From an uncultured Elusimicrobia bacterium (GTDB taxonomy: Bacteria; Elusimicrobiota; Elusimicrobia; UBA1565; UBA9628): a DNA stretch of 52,441 nt. This document shows positions 46,660 through 52,441 of the stretch, piece by piece. Below the pieces are notes generated by a model. It made no database searches and was not told the DNA's origin. It was given only the letters and a program-made list of their open reading frames with translations. Both the position numbers and the translations under genes were made by a program. The stretch spans positions 4,339 through 56,779 of the forward strand of contig CAYJXJ010000006.1 of NCBI GenBank assembly GCA_964374095.1, given 5' to 3'. The stretch's first letter is position 1; every line of letters starts with the position of its first letter.

Positions 46660-47457
46660 ATGAGGCAACTGGCCGGGGCGCTCGCGGTCTGCGCCCTGCT
46701 CAACGCCCTGCGCTCCGCTGACACGCCGTCCGGGCCCGCCGCGGGGGCGCCGATACGCCTCAACGAATCCGGCGCCGTCGAGACCGCCTTCCTATTCGGC
46801 CTCGGCATGCGGCGGTTGGCGGCCGACCTGGCCCTGATCCGCATGGTGATATACTATGGCTCGCCCGCGGCGGACGGGGACGACCATGCCGGGCACGACC
46901 ACGCGGGGCATGATCATGCCCACGGGGACCCCGCGGCCGGGCCATACCGCCGGCTGGGGGCACTGGCGATGCGGGTGGTGGACCTCGACCCGGCCTACCA
47001 CTACGCGGCCCAGTTCGCGGCCGGCGCCCTGGCCTTCAATCTGCAGCGTCCGGACGAGGCCCTGCAGGTGCTCCATTACGCCCTGGCCCGCGACCCGGGC
47101 AATCGCATACTCCAGGCTTACGTCGGGGCGATCGGGTTCCACAAGAAGGGGGAGCCGCTGGAATCCCTGCGCATACTCGAGCCCGTGGTCCTGGCGCCCG
47201 ACTGTCCCACCATGATCAAGAACATCGTCGCCTTCCTCTACCGGCGCTCGGGCCAGCCGGAAAAAGCCCTGCGGCTATACCGGGAAATCTTGGAGTCGAG
47301 CCGGGACGCGGGCTACCGCGACCTGGCGGCTCGCGTGATTGCCCGGATCGAAAGGCAGGCGCGCCTGCGCCCTAGAGCAGGCTCGCCACGGGCGTCGCCT
47401 TCAGGCCGAACGCCTCGGCGACCGGAGGACAGGTCAACTCCCCCTCGTACACGTTGA
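46660..47457 (+). CDS. Secreted hypothetical protein with His-rich (DHAGH)x3 motif and TPR-like C-terminal half
   Basis: Signal peptide MRQLAGALAVCALLNALRSA. Contains DDHAGHDHAGHDHAHGD. Starts 3 nt after the permease stop. The last 86 nt overlap the 3' end of the convergent ald gene. Confidence 0.6.
   Translation: MRQLAGALAVCALLNALRSADTPSGPAAGAPIRLNESGAVETAFLFGLGMRRLAADLALIRMVIYYGSPAADGDDHAGHDHAGHDHAHGDPAAGPYRRLGALAMRVVDLDPAYHYAAQFAAGALAFNLQRPDEALQVLHYALARDPGNRILQAYVGAIGFHKKGEPLESLRILEPVVLAPDCPTMIKNIVAFLYRRSGQPEKALRLYREILESSRDAGYRDLAARVIARIERQARLRPRAGSPRASPSGRTPRRPEDRSTPPRTR
46882..46926 (+). repeat. Three tandem, codon-aligned 15-nt units encoding DHAGH-DHAGH-DHAHG
   Basis: GACCATGCCGGGCAC / GACCACGCGGGGCAT / GATCATGCCCACGGG read directly. 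Confidence 0.85.
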
Positions 47458-48484
47458 CCCCGCGGGCCAGGGCCGCGTCGGCCCTCGCCGCGGATTCCAG
47501 CCCATGCCGGGCGATGGCGCGGGCGTACTTGAGGGTCACGTTGGTCAAGGCGTAGGTCGAGGTGTTGGAGACCGCCCCGGGAATGTTGGGCACCGCGTAG
47601 TGGAGCACCCCGTGCTTGACGCGGAGGGGGCGGTCGTGGCTGGTCTCCTCGGTGGTGGCGATGCAGCCGCCCTGGTCCACCGCGACGTCGACGACCACCG
47701 AGCCCGGGCGCATGCCGCGGATCATGGCTTCGCTGACCAGATGCGGGGCCTTGGCGCCGGGGATGAGGACGGCCCCGATCAAGAGGTCGGCGCGGACCAC
47801 CGCGGCGTTGATGTTCTCGTCATGGCTCATGAGGGTGCTCACCGAGTTGCCGAAGACATCGTCGAGGTAGGCCAGCCGGACCGGGTTGATGTCGAGAATG
47901 TTCACCCGGGCGCCGAAGCCCACCGCGATCTTGGCCGCGTTGATGCCGACGATCCCGCCGCCGATGATCGTGACCACCCCGCGGGCGACACCCGGCACCC
48001 CGCCGAGCAGCACGCCGCGTCCGCCGTTGTGCTTCTCGAGGCAGCTCGCGCCCAACTGCACCGACATCTTGCCGGCGACCTCGCTCATGGGGATGAGCAG
48101 GGGGAGACTCCCGTCCTTGAGCTGGATGGTTTCATAGGCCACGGCCTTGACCTTGCGTTTGCGCAGCGCCTCGGTCAGCCGCCTGGCGGCGGCCAGGTGC
48201 AGGTAGGTGTAGAGAATTTGCCCTTCGTGGAAGAGGGCGTACTCCTCGGGGAGCGGCTCCTTCACCTTGATGATCATCTCGGAGTCGTCGAAGAGCTTGC
48301 GCCGGTCGGAGACGATCCGGGCGCCCGCGGCCGAAAAGTCCTCGTCGGGTATCCCGGAGCCCAGGCCCGCGCCCTTCTCGACGAACACGCGGTGGCCGTC
48401 GGCCGCCAGGGCCTTGGCCCCCCCGGGGACGAGCCCGACCCGGTGCTCGCGGTTCTTGATCTCCCGCGCGACGCCGATGATCAT
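47372..48484 (-). CDS. ald: Alanine dehydrogenase
   Basis: 370 aa: [34 protein letters not shown] (NAD fold). Collinear with Ald/PNT-alpha-type proteins. Confidence 0.93.
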   Translation of the reverse strand: MIIGVAREIKNREHRVGLVPGGAKALAADGHRVFVEKGAGLGSGIPDEDFSAAGARIVSDRRKLFDDSEMIIKVKEPLPEEYALFHEGQILYTYLHLAAARRLTEALRKRKVKAVAYETIQLKDGSLPLLIPMSEVAGKMSVQLGASCLEKHNGGRGVLLGGVPGVARGVVTIIGGGIVGINAAKIAVGFGARVNILDINPVRLAYLDDVFGNSVSTLMSHDENINAAVVRADLLIGAVLIPGAKAPHLVSEAMIRGMRPGSVVVDVAVDQGGCIATTEETSHDRPLRVKHGVLHYAVPNIPGAVSNTSTYALTNVTLKYARAIARHGLESAARADAALARGVNVYEGELTCPPVAEAFGLKATPVASLL

Positions 48485-48488
48485 GCGG

Positions 48489-48941
48489 TCACGGCAGTCC
48501 CAGATAGGAGGCGAGGCCCTCGATATCGTCGACCCGGGGCAGGCCGGGAACGGCCTTGAGCACCGCGCCTTGCGCGTCCGAGACGTAGAAGTGGGGCACC
48601 CCGCCGGGGCGCATGGCGCCCTCGATGTCGAGCAGCGTATCGGGGCCGAAATCCCGCGCGTAATCCTCCACGGCCCGGGCTTGGTCCATCCCCACGATCA
48701 CCCTCGTGGCCACGTTGTTCAAGGACAGGTGCCTGCGCAGCTGCAGGATCAGGGGCGTGGCGCGGCGGCAGTAGCCGCACCAGGGGGCGACGTAGACCGT
48801 GAGGCATTTCGGAGTGGGGCAGGCCGCCAAGGAGGCCCCGGTGTTGCCGACCAAGGTCGGCAGGCGCAGGTCGGGGAGGGATTCAGGGGGGGCGCAGGAG
48901 GAAGCGAAGAGCACGAGAAGCGGCAGGATGACGCGCCTCAT
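48489..48941 (-). CDS. Thioredoxin-fold thiol:disulfide oxidoreductase, probable lipoprotein
   Basis: ATG at 48941 (MRRVILPLLVLFASSC..., lipobox-like). Redox motif WCGYC. 150 aa. Confidence 0.7.
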   Translation of the reverse strand: MRRVILPLLVLFASSCAPPESLPDLRLPTLVGNTGASLAACPTPKCLTVYVAPWCGYCRRATPLILQLRRHLSLNNVATRVIVGMDQARAVEDYARDFGPDTLLDIEGAMRPGGVPHFYVSDAQGAVLKAVPGLPRVDDIEGLASYLGLP

Positions 48942-48951
48942 CGTGAAGAAA

Positions 48952-49593
48952 TTACCACATTTGACGGAGCGTGAAAAGGACGGCTCCCGGAAGGACCGGA
49001 ATCCAAACATTATCGTCAGGCGGAATGGGAACGGCGTCGGCGACGGCGAAGGCCAGGGCGCCGGCGCAGGCCTGGGGTGCCGTCAGCCCGGCGGCCAACC
49101 CCGCGGCGAGGGCGACCGTCATCCCGGCGGCCGAACCTTCGAGGCTGCGTTTACGCCCCAGAATCCAGTAGGGATGCCGCCCCCAACGCACTCCGACCAC
49201 GGCCGATGCGGCGTCCCCGAGGGCCAGGTAGAGGAGCGCGGCGGTCACCACTTCGGGCCGGGAGCCGAAGAGCGCGATGACGCCCATCGCGCCCAGGGAT
49301 GTGTAGAAGGCCCCGGTGTAGCGCGCCCCCTCCTTGCTCCGGATCAGCGGACCGAAAACGCCTTCGACAACCCGTCGCCCCAGGGCGCTGCGAAGACGCC
49401 AGGTCTCTATGCCCCAGGTCAGCACGGTCACCGCGACCATGGCGCGGACGGCCGTTTCCCGCTCAAGGAGCCGGTAGCCTCCGAGATAGAGGAGGCACAA
49501 GAGGTGGAAGGTCTTGCGCCGGAGTTCGAGGGCCAGGCGCCCCGGAGCGGCGGGCCCCGGCGCGTCGTCTTCGGAGCGTTCGAGTGATTTCAA
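48952..49593 (-). CDS. Integral-membrane polyprenol/phytol/dolichol-kinase-family (CTP-dependent, CdsA-related) protein
   Basis: 213 aa, multi-TM. RKTFH near the N-terminus and LGDAASAVVG...KSLEGSAAG in the C-terminal half resemble the DolK/VTE5/DGK1 family, from memory only. Confidence 0.45.
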   Translation of the reverse strand: MKSLERSEDDAPGPAAPGRLALELRRKTFHLLCLLYLGGYRLLERETAVRAMVAVTVLTWGIETWRLRSALGRRVVEGVFGPLIRSKEGARYTGAFYTSLGAMGVIALFGSRPEVVTAALLYLALGDAASAVVGVRWGRHPYWILGRKRSLEGSAAGMTVALAAGLAAGLTAPQACAGALAFAVADAVPIPPDDNVWIPVLPGAVLFTLRQMW

Positions 49594-49671
49594 GCCAACG
49601 GATTATATCATGGGCCCGCGCTTCGCGCGCTGCTATCTACTGGAAGCGCATGGCTTTGCTAGACTAGCGGC

Positions 49672-50388
49672 ATGCAGGCGATCGTTGTCCGCGCGCCGGG
49701 CGGGCCCGAGGTCATGCGGCTCGACGAATTTCCCGAGCCTGTCGCCGGCGCCGGCGAGGCCGTTATCCGCGTGGAGGCCGCGGGAGTCAATTTCATCGAC
49801 GCCTACTTCCGCTCGGGACTCTATGACGCGGCCTATCCCTACGTCCCGGGGTATGAGGCCGCCGGCACGGTCTCCTCGGTCGACCCGGGGGTGAGCGAGG
49901 TCCGGATTGGGGACCGCGTGGCTTTCTGCGGCGTGCTTGGGACTTTCGCCGAGTACGCCAAGGCCCCGGCGAGCAGGCTCGTCCCGGTCCCGGAAGGGCT
50001 TGCCTCAGCCTCGGCGGCCGCGGCGCTGCTGCAGGGAATGACGGCCCATTATCTCACGCGCTCGACGTGCGCGCTCGGACCCGGCGATTGGTGCGTGGTC
50101 CACGCCGCGGCCGGGGGCACGGGCAACCTCGTCTGCCAGGAGGCGCGCGGCCTCGGGGCCCGGGTCATCGCGGTGGTTTCCACCCAAGCCAAGGCCGAGC
50201 TGGCCCGGGGCGCGGGAGCCTCGGCCGTGGTGCTGACCTCGGAGGACTTGCCGTCGCGGGTCCGAGCGCTCACGGGCGGAGCGGGCGTGCGGGTCGTCTA
50301 CGACTCGGTCGGGCGGGACACCTTCATGAAGAGCCTCGACTGCCCCGGTTGACAGCAGCGGCGGGGCCTGTTACACTCCTTCCGATGA
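49672..50388 (+). pseudogene. qor: NADPH:quinone oxidoreductase (Qor, MDR family). Truncated by an in-frame TGA and loss of about 90 C-terminal codons
   Basis: 226 aa are collinear with Qor (GVNFIDAYFRSGLY, VHAAAGGTG, VRVVYDSVGRDTF.KSLDC). TGA at 50350. The same frame continues QQRRGLLHSF, matching the family's next segment (E. coli LQRRGLMVSF, from memory). A second TGA follows at 50386, after which homology ends. Confidence 0.7.
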
Positions 50389-50405
50389 CGTTGGCGGAGG
50401 TGATC

Positions 50406-51035
50406 ATGGCTAAGTTATTCGGTGGTGCGGTCCGGGCCGGGCTGGCGGCGGCGCTTCTTGCGGCGCCTGTTTGGGCGAACCCTCCCGGCGATGACGACGG
50501 CGACGGGGCGGGCGCGCAGGAGCCCCAGACCGGCGGCGGGGAAAAGCACCCGCTCCTCGGGGAGGAGTTCATCGAGCGTCTCTCCAAGCAGCTCGAGCTC
50601 TCGGCCGACCAGCAGGCCAAGGCCAAAGCCCTCATCGCGAAAGCGCGCCCCGATTTGGAGCGCCGCCACGCCGAGGTCAAGGCCCTTCGCGACAAAATGA
50701 AGGCCGCGTCCAAGGAGATGCAGAAAGGAATGCGCCAGGTTCGCGAGGACCTGCGCCAGGGGATGACCCTGGAGCAAAGGGAACGCTTCGACGAGATGTG
50801 GATGTCCATGAAGATGCGCGGCCGGGGAGGGATGCGCGAACGGGGAGGGATGGGTCCCGGACGCCGCCGGCAGGGCGGGCGGGGCGAAGGGGCCGACGGC
50901 GAGGACGGCGACGGGGTGATGATCGAGCGTCACGAGCGCCGGCGACGCATGGGCGGGCCCGAGCTATGGGGCGAGCCCGAAGGCGAGGGGCCTCAGCGGC
51001 CGCGCTCCGGAGGTCCCGGCCGGGGCGGCGACTGA
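50406..51035 (+). CDS. Periplasmic Spy/CpxP-family (LTxxQ-motif) protein with Arg/Gly/Glu-rich tail
   Basis: ATG at 50406 preceded by GGAGGTG. Signal peptide MAKLFGGAVRAGLAAALLAAPVWA. LSADQQAK and MTLEQRERF motifs in a helical Lys/Glu-rich core. Confidence 0.65.
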   Translation: MAKLFGGAVRAGLAAALLAAPVWANPPGDDDGDGAGAQEPQTGGGEKHPLLGEEFIERLSKQLELSADQQAKAKALIAKARPDLERRHAEVKALRDKMKAASKEMQKGMRQVREDLRQGMTLEQRERFDEMWMSMKMRGRGGMRERGGMGPGRRRQGGRGEGADGEDGDGVMIERHERRRRMGGPELWGEPEGEGPQRPRSGGPGRGGD

Positions 51036-51599
51036 TCAAGCCGCGGTGCCCGTCTCCAGGAAGACCTTGACCCAGACCGACCGCTCGAGATAGTCCATGT
51101 CAAAAGGCTTGGTCACGTAGTCGCAGGCACCCAGGTCCAGGCATTTCCGGACGACCTCGGGGTCGTGCTCGGCCGTCACCATGATGACGCGCGGAGGTTT
51201 TTCCCGCCTCCGCAGGAGTTTGAGGACCTCCACGCCCTTGAGGCCGGGCATGTGGAGGTCCAGGAGCACCAGATGGGGATTCCAGCGCGCCGCGAGCTCG
51301 ACCCCGGCCAGGCCGTCGGCGGCGGTCGCCACCGCGAATTTCTTGCCCTTCAAGAACCGAGTCAGGACGTCCCGGATCCCCGCCTCGTCGTCGATGACCA
51401 GCACGCGGGGCATGGCGGCGGGCTTGGCGCCCGGAGCCGCGGGCAGCTCGCGCCGCACCGTGGCGATGAGGGTCTCGATGCTCGAGCCCTTTTCGATCAC
51501 CGCGCAGGCCCCCAGCTTGCGGTACTTGCGCTCCCCCTCCGGGTCCATGTAGGCCGTGAAGATCACGACCCGGGCCCGGGCGTCGATTTGGAGCCGCAC
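51036..51599 (-). CDS. Single-domain CheY-like response regulator (intact REC = 51036-51413) preceded in-frame by the C-terminal half of a second REC domain
   Basis: Intact REC from the ATG at 51413: MPRVLVIDDE...LVLLDLHMPG...VIMVTAE...YVTKPF. The upstream 62 codons (GTG at 51599) read like beta4-alpha4-beta5-alpha5 of another receiver (VVIFTAY..LGACAVIEKG..) without its Asp pocket. Confidence 0.75.
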   Translation of the reverse strand: MRLQIDARARVVIFTAYMDPEGERKYRKLGACAVIEKGSSIETLIATVRRELPAAPGAKPAAMPRVLVIDDEAGIRDVLTRFLKGKKFAVATAADGLAGVELAARWNPHLVLLDLHMPGLKGVEVLKLLRRREKPPRVIMVTAEHDPEVVRKCLDLGACDYVTKPFDMDYLERSVWVKVFLETGTAA

Positions 51600-51612
51600 G
51601 CTTGTCGCCCCC

Positions 51613-51640
51613 TTGACAAAATATAACTATCAGTTATAAT
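51613..51640 (+). promoter_or_regulatory. Near-consensus promoter TTGACA-16-TATAAT with an overlapping 7-bp-arm palindrome TATAACT-ATC-AGTTATA (likely HigA operator)
   Basis: -35 at 51613-51618, -10 at 51635-51640, palindrome at 51622-51638, higB GTG at 51647 (6 nt after the -10). Confidence 0.65.
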
Positions 51641-51646
51641 AAGACT

Positions 51647-51937
51647 GTGATCCTTCTGGGGGTCGAGCTCATCGATGCCTACAGGAAACGGCATCCTGAA
51701 GCCCGGGCCTCGCTGGACCGGTGGAGAAAGGTGATGGAGGAAACGACTTTCAGGTCGATACACGAAGCCCGTAGGACTTTCTCCAAGTCCTACGACTATG
51801 TCCGGCCGCACTGCCACGTCTTTGATATCGCTCAGGGCAGGCATAGATTGATCGCGCTTATGGATTTCGGAACCCAGATCGTCAACATCGACGCCATCAT
51901 GGACCACAGGCGCTATGACCGCTGGAGGTGCAAATGA
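51647..51937 (+). CDS. higB: HigB-family type II toxin (mRNA interferase)
   Basis: 96 aa. ..AYRKRHPEARASLDRWRKVMEETTFRSIHEARRTFSKSYDYV...VFDIAQGRHRLIALMDFGTQIVNIDAIMDHRRYD matches the HigB_toxin layout I remember. Toxin-first order with an ATGA overlap to the HTH gene. Confidence 0.8.
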   Translation: MILLGVELIDAYRKRHPEARASLDRWRKVMEETTFRSIHEARRTFSKSYDYVRPHCHVFDIAQGRHRLIALMDFGTQIVNIDAIMDHRRYDRWRCK

Positions 51938-52441
51938 CTCTTCAGACCCTGGAAAGGAAGGTTTCGGGGATACGCATCGGCCCCGCGGCGAACCGTGTTT
52001 ATGAGTTCCTGGTCGAAAGGTTTCCTCCGAGGGAGATCAGTAAAGCCTCTGACCATCGCGCCTACCGCGAGTTGCTCGGCACTCTGATGCGCGAGCTCAG
52101 TCACGGAGCCGACAGGCGTTCGGAAGAAGGAATCCGCCAATATCTGGCCGTCTTGGCGCCGTTCCTCGCCAAATTCGAGCAGGCTCGATGGCCCCGCGGC
52201 CGCACGACCGGGCCGGAAGTACTGGCGTTTCTCATCGAGCAAAACGGGTTGACACAGGCCGACCTCGGAGAGGAAATCGGTGCGCAGCCGTATGTCTCGG
52301 ATATTCTGAGAGGAAAGAAGACCTTGACGTCTGAGCAAATTGGGAAGCTGGCGAAGCGCTTCGGCGTCTCGCCCGCTGTGTTCTTTCCACCACAGCGTCA
52401 AAAGTCGGTTGGATTTCGGGTCAGCGTACGCTTAGGGCGGC
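51934..52441 (+). CDS. higA: HigA-family antitoxin (Xre-type HTH), 3' end beyond the right window edge
   Basis: Not in the ORF track (no stop in the window). My translation from the ATG at 51934 (GGAGGTG SD upstream) is MTLQTLERKVSG...LAFLIEQNGLTQADLGEEIGAQPYVSDILRGKKTLTSEQIGKLAKRFGVSPAVFF... No in-frame stop through 52441. Confidence 0.8.
   Translation, partial: MTLQTLERKVSGIRIGPAANRVYEFLVERFPPREISKASDHRAYRELLGTLMRELSHGADRRSEEGIRQYLAVLAPFLAKFEQARWPRGRTTGPEVLAFLIEQNGLTQADLGEEIGAQPYVSDILRGKKTLTSEQIGKLAKRFGVSPAVFFPPQRQKSVGFRVSVRLGR

Noticed and set aside
50350-50352. TGA in qor as selenocysteine or programmed read-through
   Set aside because: The equivalent family position is not Cys/Sec. A second TGA follows 11 codons later and the remaining third of the gene is missing. 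A pseudogene is the simpler explanation.
51913-52401. 162-aa minus-strand ORF at the right end
   Set aside because: It is antisense to an open plus-strand frame that encodes a clear Xre-HTH HigA antitoxin, coupled (ATGA, GGAGGTG SD) to higB.

Overview
The window is 52.4 kb, visibly GC-rich (third codon positions are almost always G/C) and densely coding, from an unidentified, probably uncultivated bacterium. All calls come from reading the translations and DNA by eye and from remembered family motifs. No database search was run.

Gene content, left to right:
- **1-9449 (-):** an 11-subunit-type complex I operon, nuoA-B-C-D-H-I-J-K-L-M. nuoM is cut by the left edge, and there is no nuoEFG between nuoD and nuoH. 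A MidA/NDUFAF7-like methyltransferase is translationally coupled upstream of nuoA.
- **9470-10550:** a lower-GC islet with a 58-aa histone-fold-like gene and a vapBC toxin-antitoxin pair.
- **10550-11392:** a TPR protein and tRNA-Met(CAU).
- **11464-17490 (+):** an orphan NarL/LuxR response regulator, a 1384-aa S8 peptidase (seven FN3-like repeats plus a T9SS/FlgD-like C-terminal domain) and an overlapping PorV/PorQ-like outer-membrane protein.
- **17504-37733 (-):** a 20-kb one-directional gene train.
  - It opens with a GYF/coiled-coil membrane protein and two small hypotheticals.
  - Next come TPR-SpoIID, GT4, EIIA-Ntr-like, icd (with a Cys4 insertion) and GT2.
  - Then rpmF-plsX-fabG-acpP-rnc, an acyl-CoA dehydrogenase and an M1 aminopeptidase.
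  - It ends with mlaA-mlaC-MMPL.
- **37815-47457 (+):** tRNA-Lys(CUU) and tRNA-Leu(UAG). Then tig-clpP-lon (no clpX), a class V aminotransferase, serA, an ABC-2 exporter pair and a His-rich secreted protein.
- **47372-49593 (-):** polyprenol-kinase-like, thioredoxin-like and ald genes.
- **49672-52441:** a decayed qor pseudogene, a Spy/CpxP-like protein, a receiver-domain gene with a remnant of a second receiver, and a lower-GC higBA cassette running off the right edge.

No CRISPR array, IS element, integrase or rRNA was seen.

The observations most worth a second look:
- The bacterial histone-like gene.
- The zinc-ribbon-like insertion in isocitrate dehydrogenase, at the regulatory loop.
- The uncharacterised, translationally coupled GYF / small protein / small protein / TPR-SpoIID / GT4 envelope cluster.
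- The S8-cargo/PorV-like pair.
- The MlaA-MlaC-MMPL lipid-trafficking triad.
- The MidA-nuoA coupling and the extended NuoH.
- Several promoters that abut start codons, suggesting leaderless mRNAs.
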